DNA of 64,000 nt from a virus: the IMG/VR virus record IMGVR_UViG_3300026136_000008; one strand, written 5' to 3'. The notes under the pieces are model-generated. The model saw only the letters and a program-made list of their open reading frames with translations. It searched no databases and was not told the DNA's origin. Shown here in pieces: positions 1 to 9,844 of this stretch. Both the position numbers and the translations under genes were made by a program. The number at the start of each line of letters is the position of its first letter. Position 1 is the first letter of the stretch.

Positions 1-41
1 TATCGTTTATATTATAACATACTTTTGCAAAAAGTACATGC

Positions 42-620
42 TTATTTAAAGATATCAACAATAATTCGTTTAAACTTATTATCATCAAACTTTAAGAAAG
101 CCTGATATTTCGATATCTTTCTAAACAAATCAGGCCATAGAATAGTTTCTGTGATCTGTTTGTTTGCTCTATCAATAAAACCCGTAAGTCTATTGATAAT
201 GCACACCGTCTCTAACGACACTGTGCCTTCGAGATGAAGCTGGATAATTCTTGGATATGTTTCTTCTATTTCCAAAAGATCATCAAACTTTACATCTGAA
301 ATCTGTTCTAATTCATTCCTAAATACATAAGACATACTATCTATAACTTTTAGGAACTTGGTATAAGTCTCTTCGTCTCTGATCATATCACCACTATACT
401 TATTACCTGCTACTTGATGTGCAGCAAAATATAATATGATATCATCTTTACTCTTAAATCTTTTACCAATCTTTGTTAACTGAAATTTGTCTGGCCTTTT
501 CCAATAAGTTTTTTCAGTTACATTAGTTTTAAAATTATACTTAAAGCAATCGTAAGATCCATTAAAGTGGAGGTTAATTGCGTTATGTAATGTAAAGGCC
601 TCATATCCTGTCATTCTCAT
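42..620 (-). CDS. gp59: Loader of gp41 helicase (T4 gp59-like)
   Basis: N-terminal 'AINLHF..SYDCFKY' and C-terminal 'SLETV.I' resemble gp59; downstream of gp33 as in T4-like phages. Confidence 0.85.
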   Translation of the reverse strand: MRMTGYEAFTLHNAINLHFNGSYDCFKYNFKTNVTEKTYWKRPDKFQLTKIGKRFKSKDDIILYFAAHQVAGNKYSGDMIRDEETYTKFLKVIDSMSYVFRNELEQISDVKFDDLLEIEETYPRIIQLHLEGTVSLETVCIINRLTGFIDRANKQITETILWPDLFRKISKYQAFLKFDDNKFKRIIVDIFK

Positions 621-850
621 ATAGGTAACACGTAAGTTGGGTTACCCCCTTGTAGTAAGTTAAGTTCTTTTGCTTCAAACTCAACATGTTCTATGATCTC
701 CTTTGATATAAGTTTTTTACTGTCACGAAGATCAATCTCATTGTCCTCACATACTGTTATAATAGCATCAATGTATGGACAACCTTTGTGAGTTCGGACA
801 TAAGTCTCAACTAAATTTGAGAATGCTTTCTTATTTAGATCCTCGCTCAT
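617..850 (-). CDS. gp33: Late transcription coactivator gp33
   Basis: 77 aa; 'F...VE....YIDAI...CE.N.ID......IS......EA..LNLL' pattern; adjacent to gp59. Confidence 0.85.
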   Translation of the reverse strand: MSEDLNKKAFSNLVETYVRTHKGCPYIDAIITVCEDNEIDLRDSKKLISKEIIEHVEFEAKELNLLQGGNPTYVLPI

Positions 851-1233
851 TTTTGAATACCATTTTTGTCATAGGCTGGAACAAGAGTTGCCCAAAACAC
901 TGGCTTCTCTTCATCTTCTCCATAAAAATCTAATGACCATACTCCTTCTCTTAGATATGTTTGACAATGGTTTTTGTATACTCTTGCCGCTTCATACTTG
1001 GCAATTGCACCTCTCTCACCAGCTTGGATACCACGTCTATATGCTGCCATCTTTTCTGTGGTTGCTTTGATATATCTCTTCACGTTAACTAAAGATAAAC
1101 CGTGGTCGTCATCTAATGCAACAACATTAGCTGCGATACTTTTATATGCAGCAGGTTTTTTTGCTGCTCTTGCTTTTGCTAGATTAGCCGCTGCGGCTGC
1201 TCGTTGTGCTTCTGTCATCTTACGTTTTGCCAT
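847..1233 (-). CDS. Hypothetical phage protein with basic Ala-rich N-terminus
   Basis: ORF downstream of a GTATGTAC-class promoter; stop overlaps gp33 start. Confidence 0.7.
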   Translation of the reverse strand: MAKRKMTEAQRAAAAANLAKARAAKKPAAYKSIAANVVALDDDHGLSLVNVKRYIKATTEKMAAYRRGIQAGERGAIAKYEAARVYKNHCQTYLREGVWSLDFYGEDEEKPVFWATLVPAYDKNGIQK

Positions 1234-1295
1234 AATGTAAATCCTATTTAGTGTGTGTTAAGTATATTATAACATGTTTTTACAGTTTGTACATA

Positions 1296-1544
1296 CTAAC
1301 CTTTATAAATTTTATAGATGTGATCTTCAAATGCTTCTACCTTCTCAACGCGATTAGGCCATTTAATCATTTCTTTCTCCGGATTAGCCTTTAAGTTATT
1401 GAGCAAAGGTGTAATAGCATTATATAGATTGTCTAATCTGTCTTGTGTTGTTTCTGCTGCTGCCGCTGAGGCTGTTGCTGTTTGTGCAACTTCTAATTCA
1501 TCCTCATCAACCAGCGTGAAACCAAAATCAAATACGTCTGCCAT
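1296..1544 (-). CDS. Hypothetical phage protein
   Basis: 82 aa ORF in the co-oriented gene array. Confidence 0.7.
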   Translation of the reverse strand: MADVFDFGFTLVDEDELEVAQTATASAAAAETTQDRLDNLYNAITPLLNNLKANPEKEMIKWPNRVEKVEAFEDHIYKIYKG

Positions 1545-1545
1545 A

Positions 1546-1779
1546 TTACCCCTTTAATAATTTGATACCCTTACACCAGTTTTCTGCTGCATCTTCCACA
1601 TAATTTAAAGCTTTGTATGGAAAATCTTCTTGCATAATACGATTACCAGCTGGGTCTTTGTATGTTATTGAAAAGAACGAATGTTCTCCATCCATTCCTG
1701 TTACTACTTGATAAATCTTTGCGACACTACCATCATCTTTATAGTGTTCGCTCATAAGTTTTGTATTGTTATATTCCAT
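1546..1779 (-). CDS. Hypothetical phage protein
   Basis: 77 aa ORF with GGAG Shine-Dalgarno (SD). Confidence 0.7.
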   Translation of the reverse strand: MEYNNTKLMSEHYKDDGSVAKIYQVVTGMDGEHSFFSITYKDPAGNRIMQEDFPYKALNYVEDAAENWCKGIKLLKG

Positions 1780-1802
1780 GACTTCTCCATTATTTAAAGA
1801 TG

Positions 1803-1828
1803 GGGGACCTAATAAGGAAAGTCCCCCG
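1803..1828 (-). terminator. GC-rich hairpin downstream of porin gene (terminator or stabiliser)
   Basis: GGGGAC-N12-GTCCCC inverted repeat; weak U-tail. Confidence 0.45.
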
Positions 1829-1853
1829 AGTTACTTAGAGTACCATATCTAAG

Positions 1854-2612
1854 TTAGAACGATAGTTTTGCCTCAAGCTTAACTGTAGCGTCTGCGCTAT
1901 CAACTTGTGACCACGAACCTGTCCAAATACCACGAGTTAACTCGACAGTTTTTGTAGTAACAGGAGTCGCTGCATCTGTCTTGTTCCAAGTACCTTTAAC
2001 AGTACCTAGAGTACCAATGGCACGAGAGACCGATACTTCGTTGTCATTTGTTGCTCCAGCATTTCTATCATGAACTACTTCAAGACCTAAGCCAGCAACA
2101 GTTGTACCAACTGTAACTTCAGCGTTATGTCCTGCTGTGACTTTATTGTGTACCACTTTAGCTGATACACCACCAGATGTAATTGAAGCAGTAGTTTCTC
2201 TTGCTTCATTTGTGATGTTAGTCATTGCTAATGCAATACCACCAATTGTTCCACTTGCATCTACCTCAGTAGAACCACCACTTACTTGGCTAAGACCAAC
2301 TGTGTATGCACCTAGTGTAGTGCTTACACCAATCTTTGTTACATCAGGATCATCTCCTGACCAGTCACCAATTTTAAGAGTAAGAACACCAGCTGTGCTC
2401 TCTACATACATATCATCTACGTTGAAATCTTTATCAAGAACAACAGTTACGCTTGACGCGCCTGCAGTTCCCTTCATCGTAGTATGAATGTCTTGAGAGT
2501 ATGTACCATGTGAATCTAGTGTACCCTCATACAAACCCGAAAGACTAATACCAGCAAACGTAGTTGCAGATACTGCCATTGCCGCCGTCGCGACTAGTAG
2601 TTTTTTAAACAT
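1854..2612 (-). CDS. Outer-membrane beta-barrel / porin-like protein
   Basis: Sec signal peptide (MFKKLLVATAAMAVSATTFA), alternating amphipathic beta-strands, C-terminal Phe (KLEAKLSF) typical of a BAM signal. Confidence 0.75.
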   Translation of the reverse strand: MFKKLLVATAAMAVSATTFAGISLSGLYEGTLDSHGTYSQDIHTTMKGTAGASSVTVVLDKDFNVDDMYVESTAGVLTLKIGDWSGDDPDVTKIGVSTTLGAYTVGLSQVSGGSTEVDASGTIGGIALAMTNITNEARETTASITSGGVSAKVVHNKVTAGHNAEVTVGTTVAGLGLEVVHDRNAGATNDNEVSVSRAIGTLGTVKGTWNKTDAATPVTTKTVELTRGIWTGSWSQVDSADATVKLEAKLSF

Positions 2613-2663
2613 ATACTTTCCTTTTTATTTAAACAAAAAAATCCTTTTTTGAGTAGGGACTAA

Positions 2664-2972
2664 CTACTGAGAGTTATTTATATATTTTTTATACAACGTA
2701 CTCTCTTTTTCGTAAGCTTCATTTTCATCAAGCTCGCGATTTTCGTGAAGTTGTTGGACATGTACCATCTCGTGGCACAAGGTTAAGATAGTTTCTTTGA
2801 AACTAAGACCTGTATCAATCTCAATATCATACTCATCATCTTCTGCAGAATCAGTGGTCCAACCTTTAACATTATCTTCTGATATATCTTCAACCTCTAC
2901 AGATACTAAAATCTCTTGAGGTATACTCAATTCTTTCTTACAAAAATTAACTATATCTTCCAGTAACGCCAT
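2664..2972 (-). CDS. Small HEXXH zinc-metallopeptidase-like protein
   Basis: 'LCHEMVHVQQ' plus downstream 'E.EAY'. Confidence 0.65.
   Translation of the reverse strand: MALLEDIVNFCKKELSIPQEILVSVEVEDISEDNVKGWTTDSAEDDEYDIEIDTGLSFKETILTLCHEMVHVQQLHENRELDENEAYEKESTLYKKYINNSQ
2675..2682 (-). promoter_or_regulatory. T4-type late promoter TATAAATA upstream of porin gene
   Basis: Exact gp55 consensus about 60 nt upstream of the start codon. Confidence 0.65.
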
Positions 2973-3181
2973 GGTTACCTCCCATTCATTTTCTACTCAT
3001 ACCACACGGTGGATCCAATTCCTTCTTTAATTCTTTAATAATTTTCTTTGATTTTTCAGCAGCTTCAGATATGTCATACCTTTGATACCACTGTCCCATC
3101 ATACCCATACGCTTGACGTTATCTTCAAGCGCCTCAAACAATTGTGTCGTCGACATTAAATTATCCTATGTGATATAGCTT

Positions 3182-3189
3182 TATTTATA
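3182..3189 (-). promoter_or_regulatory. T4-type late promoter TATAAATA
   Basis: Exact consensus about 25 nt upstream of a small ORF (MSTTQLFEALED..., start near 3156). Confidence 0.55.
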
Positions 3190-3400
3190 CAATATCTGCA
3201 CTCAAACATTCAATATTCGCAACGCAATCTCCATATCCAGCAATGTAATCTTGATATTGCTTGACAACAACAGGGTTATCCCTACAAGACTCAGGTAAAG
3301 ATTGTGGTAGTTCACATTGTTCATTCGCTACCCAACCAGCTACATAAAATTTATTTTGTGATCTGAAGTATTCTTCTCTATTTTCAGCTGTTACTACCAT
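3185..3400 (-). CDS. Hypothetical protein
   Basis: 71 aa ORF coupled to the upstream gene. Confidence 0.6.
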   Translation of the reverse strand: MVVTAENREEYFRSQNKFYVAGWVANEQCELPQSLPESCRDNPVVVKQYQDYIAGYGDCVANIECLSADIV

Positions 3401-3993
3401 TATAAATCTCCTTCAATTATTTTGTAAACATCTTTCCAAGTTCTTGCACGAGCACAAACATATTCATTGTCTCTGTTCCATGCATGATCGATTAAGATAC
3501 TGTTTAGTCCAGCATCGTTACCCATTTTAATGTTCGCTGATTTGTCTTCTATCCACCAGCATTCTGATCCACCCCAATCTTTGAGTAAGACTTCATCTTT
3601 GTCTTGACCAGTGTTGAGTATAGTAAAACCTTCGAACACATCTCCGAATACATTGCGCAAGTTCTCTTTACGATACTCTTGTGCAAGTTTGCAATTAGTT
3701 TGAGAAGTAATGACATGGAAAATATACCCATGCTCCTCATGAAGCTTGCGGACATATTTAATAGCATCACGAAGTGGTGATAGCCTTTTCATTTCTTCTG
3801 ATCTGTTAAACAAGTTAACATACCTTGAACCAGTTTTCTGTGTGACACCAACTGCTTTTGCAACGTTGTAGTCATCACTTAATCTGTGTAGACCTTCAGT
3901 CTTTTCTAACCAACGATAAAAATGAAATTCCCAATCTAATAGAACTCCATCGCAGTCAGTTAATATAACTTTGTCTTTTATCTCACGTGGCAT
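3400..3993 (-). CDS. HAD-superfamily 5'(3')-deoxyribonucleotidase-like protein
   Basis: DxDGV motif I ('TDCDGVLLDW') and 'WIEDK' motif IV. Confidence 0.8.
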   Translation of the reverse strand: MPREIKDKVILTDCDGVLLDWEFHFYRWLEKTEGLHRLSDDYNVAKAVGVTQKTGSRYVNLFNRSEEMKRLSPLRDAIKYVRKLHEEHGYIFHVITSQTNCKLAQEYRKENLRNVFGDVFEGFTILNTGQDKDEVLLKDWGGSECWWIEDKSANIKMGNDAGLNSILIDHAWNRDNEYVCARARTWKDVYKIIEGDL

Positions 3994-4222
3994 ATATACT
4001 CCCTTTGGCTAATGCTTCATCATATCTGTCCATAGTATCCCATGCTTCCTTTGGAAGATCGGCATATGCACATCCCATAGACTTTTGTAAGTCAGGTTTA
4101 GTTAGATCATCCTGATCTAGGAAAGGATGGAATCCATCTTTGTCTAACCATAGTCTAGCTGATCGTAAACGAATACCATCTAAATTATCAATAGTCTTAC
4201 GCTTTGATTCTTTAACCCACAT
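3983..4222 (-). CDS. Hypothetical protein
   Basis: 79 aa ORF in the early gene array. Confidence 0.6.
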   Translation of the reverse strand: MWVKESKRKTIDNLDGIRLRSARLWLDKDGFHPFLDQDDLTKPDLQKSMGCAYADLPKEAWDTMDRYDEALAKGSIYAT

Positions 4223-4513
4223 TATAGCATCATCCCAATTTCAATTCCAATCCAAAGAATCATACAACCCATGATAGAGTAACCACTCTTCATAATGCTG
4301 TCGTAAGATGATCTAATTGATTCCATATTTTCGTTATGCTCTTTAATATTCATGATGATTTTCCTTTCTTCTTAGATGGACCCATTACTGATTGTCCTTT
4401 AAAATAACCGCCGCTTTGCTTTTTCAAAGTCTTAGCAGTCTCCTCTGGTGATACAACCCTGAATTTATCAGGGTTAGCATCGATAAAATCTTGTAGTTCT
4501 TTTGAACGTCCCA

Positions 4514-4759
4514 TTATAAACTCCTTTCGTAAATTGCAAAAGTATCTGCATGAGCTTTAGGGCACCAAGCCTGTGGTCTTTTAAAACCAGGCTTAGACTT
4601 ACCTCTAAACACCCATCTAAAACCTTTAACACCATCTAAGCTATCATAATATAGCAATGATGATTGCATAAGTTTAAGATATTTCATTGGGATACCTTTA
4701 GCGAAAGAAGCTTCGCTTGAAGGTGATGCGTATTTTTCTAGTATTTGTCCTGATGTCAT
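4514..4759 (-). CDS. Hypothetical early protein
   Basis: AGGAG SD; sigma70-like promoter at about 4790-4822. Confidence 0.65.
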   Translation of the reverse strand: MTSGQILEKYASPSSEASFAKGIPMKYLKLMQSSLLYYDSLDGVKGFRWVFRGKSKPGFKRPQAWCPKAHADTFAIYERSL

Positions 4760-5116
4760 ATTTGACTCCTTTATTATTTAATATAGTAATATTATACCAC
4801 AGTTTTGATCGCTTGTGTGACTATTTTTGAAAATAGTAATATTTTTATACAAAAGCGGCTTTTCATAGAATATTTTTCTTTAAAACCTAGGGGCAAATCT
4901 CGCAGCACCAACTTTTCTGTTAGCAACAACAAGATCTGCTTTTAAACTAGCGTTTTCTTTTTCAAGTTCACTAACTCTAGAAACTAACTTCTCAAAACGA
5001 GCTTGCATTCTTTGTTCTCTATTACCGATTTTTGATCTATTTCCTACTTTCATTGTCTATCCTTATTGTTTAATATAGTTATATTATATCATAAAAACGA
5101 GGGCTTGTGTAAAAAG

Positions 5117-5150
5117 TTACTGGTCCAGATGCGGCGAATTGGTGTGCCAG
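5117..5150. repeat. 34-bp intergenic element, copy 1
   Basis: TTACTGGTCCAGATGCGGCGAATTGGTGTGCCAG; near-identical copies at 46231 and 47484. Confidence 0.95.
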
Positions 5151-5151
5151 T

Positions 5152-5799
5152 TTAAGTGTACTGGTGTATGACCTGCACGAGTTCCTTATCCCAGTTGTCA
5201 CGATGTTCAATGAATACTTGCGGTTCTGCGTCATCCACAGAGATAATTGTTACTAATTGTGTGATAGGAATACCAGTTCTCTCTTCCCATGCAATAGCAT
5301 AAAAGCATTCTTGCATGAAATAAGAATGGATCCATTCCTTTTTCTTTGTCTTACGACTTGTCTTATAGTCTATAATAGACAGTTTACCATCGAATTCTGC
5401 TACACAGTCAACTCGACCTGCAACTCCTAAATGATCAGAATACAATGGCAATTCCTGTCCGTATACTGTACCTATTCTTGTGTCTAATATATTCTTAATT
5501 CTCTTAAAGTCATGCAAGATATTAGGCATTAAATCTTTGTCATAATCAGGTTTATTGTTCACATAATCTTCACAGACTTGGTGAACTGCTGTACCTCTAC
5601 CGGCAGCTTGCCTAGATATACGATTGGCTTCTTCTTCACCTACACGTTCTCTCCATTCCATAATAGCTTTCTTACTTAGGTTACCAAGTATAGTTGTTAT
5701 AGAAGGGTAATCACCATTCGGTGTTTGATATTTTCTACCACCTTTGTTTGTAGTAGTTAGGTCATTATAACCTAAATCAATGGGTTCATGTTTAAACAT
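5152..5799 (-). CDS. PD-(D/E)xK exonuclease (Cas4-like phage exonuclease)
   Basis: 'YPSITTIL', 'RGTAVH', 'AGRVDC...IIDYKTS', 'Q...YA' motifs. Confidence 0.85.
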   Translation of the reverse strand: MFKHEPIDLGYNDLTTTNKGGRKYQTPNGDYPSITTILGNLSKKAIMEWRERVGEEEANRISRQAAGRGTAVHQVCEDYVNNKPDYDKDLMPNILHDFKRIKNILDTRIGTVYGQELPLYSDHLGVAGRVDCVAEFDGKLSIIDYKTSRKTKKKEWIHSYFMQECFYAIAWEERTGIPITQLVTIISVDDAEPQVFIEHRDNWDKELVQVIHQYT

Positions 5800-6041
5800 T
5801 ATCTATCGTAGTCGGTTTGTTTTAAACCCATTTTTCCTGCATTTTTCTCAATCTCTTTCATACGATCTTTGAAACCATCGTCTGTCTGTGACCATAAGGA
5901 TTTAACACCAGATATTGTAGTAGGTACTCCAATTACAATAGAACAATTATTTTCTTTTTTATAATCATCTAATTCAGAAATTCTCATTTCCTTTTCCCAC
6001 TCAACTCCAGTTGTTTTATTTTTAAATCTATATGTCGGCAT
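5799..6041 (-). CDS. FmdB-like small regulatory protein
   Basis: 'MPTYRFKN..TG' start typical of T4-like FmdB-family proteins. Confidence 0.6.
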   Translation of the reverse strand: MPTYRFKNKTTGVEWEKEMRISELDDYKKENNCSIVIGVPTTISGVKSLWSQTDDGFKDRMKEIEKNAGKMGLKQTDYDR

Positions 6042-6167
6042 CTTCTCTATTCCTTAATGTAATACTCTTCCACCATCTATATAACCACATTACTTTAAGA
6101 GGATGATGCTCTGGATCAGGCAACTCATCTTTAAAATACTCCATGAATTGTCTTAGTTCGTCTTCGC

Positions 6168-7025
6168 TCAAAACTCTGATGCATTATCAATAAGCATTTT
6201 CATGCGGTGTTCTATTAAGTACGTGAGTATATTACCACGTGGTGGATATGTGTAATTCTCGTACATATTTATAGCTGCTTCACGAATACCATCTGGAGTA
6301 TTAGTCAAGTCAATCATTTGTACATTACGCATAAAGTTACGATAGACATTAGGCTTCATAATCATTTCAAGATCATCACGATTATCCCAGTATTTGTCTA
6401 TCTGTTTTTGTGTCATAGGTGTTTGTCTTGAACCTGTAGTAAATACATTATCGTGAGAATTAGCATTTGGCACACCATCACCAGAATCACCTTTAAGTAA
6501 GTGTTCGAATAAGTATTTACGAGGATTGTCATCTTTAACCATTTTATTAAATAGTGGTGACCATTGTTCTACCACATTACCGTATTGTTGTAACTGAATA
6601 AAGTCTTTATCAGCAGATATAATAACTACATCCTCACCACCAAAATCAGATTTATGTACAGTTAATGCACCAATAATATCATCAGCCTCTGCACTATCAA
6701 TCTTGATAACAGCATAAGGGAAGTTCTCACGTAAGTCATCGAGAGTAGACTCAATCAAATTAAAGATCTCTGTCCAATCGTGTTTATCTGATTCACGATT
6801 AGCTTTACGTGTAGCCTTATACTCCGGGAATACATCCTTACGCCAAGAGTAACTATCACATGCGATCACCATTTTACCATGATCTGCTTCTTTGTATTTG
6901 TTACGATATATCCTGAGGTTATTCAGAATGATGTGTTTAACTAAGTTTTCACTGAGTTCTTCGCCACGATTTAACTGACCCATGATGGACCCGATTGCTA
7001 AACCATTAAAGTCTACTAGTACCAT
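6168..7025 (-). CDS. rnh: RNase H / 5'-3' exonuclease (T4 Rnh)
   Basis: 'SWRK..FPEYKA.R', 'EADDII', 'SADKDF.QL', 'GDSGDGVPN' FEN-family motifs. Confidence 0.93.
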   Translation of the reverse strand: MVLVDFNGLAIGSIMGQLNRGEELSENLVKHIILNNLRIYRNKYKEADHGKMVIACDSYSWRKDVFPEYKATRKANRESDKHDWTEIFNLIESTLDDLRENFPYAVIKIDSAEADDIIGALTVHKSDFGGEDVVIISADKDFIQLQQYGNVVEQWSPLFNKMVKDDNPRKYLFEHLLKGDSGDGVPNANSHDNVFTTGSRQTPMTQKQIDKYWDNRDDLEMIMKPNVYRNFMRNVQMIDLTNTPDGIREAAINMYENYTYPPRGNILTYLIEHRMKMLIDNASEF

Positions 7026-7055
7026 AATTTACCTATATTCATTATTTAAAGTATA

Positions 7056-7508
7056 TTATAACATGTTTTTATTGCTTTGTACATAGTCTTCAGCTAAATT
7101 TTTTACTGATCCTACACCAATCTTTACAGCAATAATACCGTTATAATTATTCTCATTCAATAACACATTCTCATCGAATTGTATCTTTGCTTCCATATAG
7201 TTTGTATCACCTCGAGTCTTACACAAACAAATGATCTCACGTTTAAAGTTCTCTTTACCTAACTTTTCTATATCTTCGTTAAGCCTATTACTTGAACCCC
7301 AATAATCTTGCCAATCTGTTTCTTTTGAGACCTTACGTTTTCTTTTAAATCCCGCAAGAGGCTTGAGCTTCCTTACGGTTTTAAAATACTTTCTCCCAAT
7401 ATAGTCCATCCCATTAGTGAGATTAGTGATACGATAAACAAACCCGTACCAATCGCCAATGTCAGCAGTCGTAAATCTTTGTCCATTATAAGTCCAATCG
7501 TTCTTCAT
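7056..7508 (-). CDS. GIY-YIG family endonuclease (DenA/Seg-like)
   Basis: 'GFVYRITN....DYIGRK' and 'YWGSS'; likely start MKNDW at 7508. Confidence 0.75.
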   Translation of the reverse strand: MKNDWTYNGQRFTTADIGDWYGFVYRITNLTNGMDYIGRKYFKTVRKLKPLAGFKRKRKVSKETDWQDYWGSSNRLNEDIEKLGKENFKREIICLCKTRGDTNYMEAKIQFDENVLLNENNYNGIIAVKIGVGSVKNLAEDYVQSNKNML

Positions 7509-7680
7509 CGTTATCGTATTCTGATGCATCATATCCTCCACGTTGGGCCCATTCTAAATTAGCACCGCAAAAAGGGCAGTGCGTCACTTCCAATCCAAGA
7601 TCAATAGGATCATTGTCATAACCTAATTCTTCTTTAACAGTAACGTCAAAGTCTGGACTATTGCATTCATGGCATATCAT
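7486..7680 (-). CDS. Small zinc-ribbon protein
   Basis: CxxC...CPFCG. Confidence 0.65.
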   Translation of the reverse strand: MICHECNSPDFDVTVKEELGYDNDPIDLGLEVTHCPFCGANLEWAQRGGYDASEYDNDEERLDL

Positions 7681-7922
7681 AAACTTAATTCTCCCATAGA
7701 AACATGTGCCATCATCTTATCATATCCACCAACAAACTTGCCATCAATAAAGATTTGTGGAAATGATCTTGCTCCTGGAACTGCTTCCTGCAATTCTCTC
7801 ATTGACCATTCACCTGATTCAACATTTCTCTCTTCTACATTAATTCCTTTTTTATTTAAAAAGTCTTTTGCTTTTGTGCAATATACACAACCGTCTTTAC
7901 TCCATACTACTGCTATACTCAT
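7677..7922 (-). CDS. nrdC: Glutaredoxin
   Basis: CVYC active site, 'RSFPQIFIDGKFVGGY'; follows nrdB. Confidence 0.92.
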   Translation of the reverse strand: MSIAVVWSKDGCVYCTKAKDFLNKKGINVEERNVESGEWSMRELQEAVPGARSFPQIFIDGKFVGGYDKMMAHVSMGELSL

Positions 7923-8995
7923 AAGCTTAATCCCTCGAATGATTTTTTGTTAACATCATGTGTAACTCCGCCGAGCACATACGATGTAATTTCTGTTTCT
8001 TGTGGAGCAACTTGCACTGCTCCGCCACTGATCCACTTCTCTGTCCATGGAAGTGGGTTATGCTGATGTACTGAAAATGGTACATGATAGTTTAAAGATT
8101 TAATCCTCTTTGCACCAATCCAACGTACATATTCTTTCAAAAGGTCAGCGTTTAATCCAATCATTGAACCATTGCCAAATAGATAATCACACCATTCCTC
8201 TTCTTGTACTAATGCATCTTCAAATAGTTGATGAACTTGACCATCAGTTTCTTCTTTAATCTTCACATAGTCCTCATCTTCTTTTAAGAGAGTACGTATA
8301 ATATTTAACGAAGCTGCAAGATGTAAGTTCTCATCTCTTGCAATTAACTTAATAATCTTTGCATTACCTTCCATTTGCTTAAGCTCTGCGAAAGCCCATG
8401 AACATGCAAAGCTCACATAAAATCTTATACCTTCTAATATGTATATAGAAACCAAACATAGATATAATAGTTTTTTATGCTTATAGCTACCGTGAGGGCC
8501 CTTATAATTGATCAGGTTGTCATAATGTTCTGAGATTGCATTACCACACTCGGATATCGCTGGTATGGAAGTGATCTCATCAAATACCTTTGAGGGGTTA
8601 GGATACACGTTTCTGATCACGTGAGTATATGACCTTGAATGAATAGTCTCAAAAAATGCCCATGTCTCAATGAGTAACTCAAGTTCAGGATTACTTGCAA
8701 GTGGCAATAAAGCCAAGTCAGGTGATCTACCCTGTACCGAGTCTAATAAGATTTGTCTTTTGAGATTGGATGTAAATATGTGTTGCTCATTCTTTGTTAG
8801 CTTACTAAAATCAATCTTGTCTTTTGTGACATCGATCTCATCAGGGGTCCAATAAAATGATAACATCTTTTCATATAGTTTTTGTAAAGACGAGTATTTA
8901 ACTACGTCATATCTTGCAATGTCGACACCTTCATCAAAGAATAGATCTTTATCCATGTGCCCTTTTGTGTTTATTTTAAATACGCTTTTTTTCAT
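7919..8995 (-). CDS. nrdB: Class Ia ribonucleotide reductase beta subunit
   Basis: 'ETIHSRSYT', 'LEGIRFYVSFAC', 'RDENLH', 'VAPQETE'; likely start at 8995. Confidence 0.97.
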   Translation of the reverse strand: MKKSVFKINTKGHMDKDLFFDEGVDIARYDVVKYSSLQKLYEKMLSFYWTPDEIDVTKDKIDFSKLTKNEQHIFTSNLKRQILLDSVQGRSPDLALLPLASNPELELLIETWAFFETIHSRSYTHVIRNVYPNPSKVFDEITSIPAISECGNAISEHYDNLINYKGPHGSYKHKKLLYLCLVSIYILEGIRFYVSFACSWAFAELKQMEGNAKIIKLIARDENLHLAASLNIIRTLLKEDEDYVKIKEETDGQVHQLFEDALVQEEEWCDYLFGNGSMIGLNADLLKEYVRWIGAKRIKSLNYHVPFSVHQHNPLPWTEKWISGGAVQVAPQETEITSYVLGGVTHDVNKKSFEGLSL

Positions 8996-9516
8996 ACAGT
9001 ATACCAGCTTGGTGTAACCGTCTTCCATGCTGCGATATGTTGCTTATACTTCTTATAGTAATTTCTATAGGCAGTAATGCTATCACTATGCTTGACATCG
9101 TCAGGCATGGCTTGTGTCGGTTGTGTAAATGGACTATCACCACAATTACGCGGTGGGTTCTTTAAAACATCTTTGAGTTTTACGAATGACATATGATCTT
9201 TGCCATAGCGTATAACAAATTCATCGTGTAGATGGCACCACATCTCATAGAGGAATGCGTAATTATTTATACTTTGTCGAAGCCACACATTACTCGGATG
9301 ATTAACATGTGAAGCTTTATATAGTGCATCTTCCTCATGCCTCCAGCGTTTGATCTTTCTACCTATTTTATTTTTGTCATAATACTCTGTACCGTCAAGA
9401 ACACGGTGAGCTGTAGACATAAGCTGTGCGTATTCCACTAGCATCTTACTACAATGTTTGTCAAGGTGCATCTCTGCACTGGTCTTTGCATCTTTATCTA
9501 AATAAAATATATTCAT
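8992..9516 (-). CDS. Pyrimidine-dimer DNA glycosylase (DenV-like) family protein
   Basis: 'MNIFYLD...H.DKH..KM..E.AQLMST.H' and 'H.NHPS..W'. Confidence 0.75.
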   Translation of the reverse strand: MNIFYLDKDAKTSAEMHLDKHCSKMLVEYAQLMSTAHRVLDGTEYYDKNKIGRKIKRWRHEEDALYKASHVNHPSNVWLRQSINNYAFLYEMWCHLHDEFVIRYGKDHMSFVKLKDVLKNPPRNCGDSPFTQPTQAMPDDVKHSDSITAYRNYYKKYKQHIAAWKTVTPSWYTV

Positions 9517-9824
9517 ACTGTAAATGATTCTCCACAGCCACATCTGGCTTTTTCTTTAGGGTTATAAAATTCAAATCCTTCATTTAGACCTTCGTACTTA
9601 TAGTCTATCTCACATCCGTCAACATATGCAAGAGACTTAGGATCTACAACAACTGGAATACCATTTGGATAAAATGCATAGTCATCTGCTTCTATTTTAT
9701 CTGCAAATTCTAAATGGTAGGCTAGGCCTGAACAGCCTGTAGTTTTTACTAATACCCTAAGCTTTCGATCTTGTAGTGCTAAAGTCAATTTTTCAGTAGC
9801 TAACGGTGTTAAACTTATGCTCAT
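9513..9824 (-). CDS. iscA: A-type Fe-S carrier IscA
   Basis: 'TTGCSGLAY' and C-terminal 'CGCGESF'. Confidence 0.9.
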   Translation of the reverse strand: MSISLTPLATEKLTLALQDRKLRVLVKTTGCSGLAYHLEFADKIEADDYAFYPNGIPVVVDPKSLAYVDGCEIDYKYEGLNEGFEFYNPKEKARCGCGESFTV

Positions 9825-9844
9825 GGTATTATGTATATAAAAGA

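Noticed and set aside
5117-5799. CRISPR-Cas interpretation (34-bp repeat next to a Cas4-like nuclease)
   Set aside because: The repeats are separated by 1.2 kb and 41 kb rather than spacer-length gaps; no cas1 or other cas genes; the nuclease is a common T4-like exonuclease
7056-7508. Mobile intron homing endonuclease
   Set aside because: Free-standing, short, and not interrupting any gene; nrdA, nrdB, gp43 and gp41 appear free of introns and inteins
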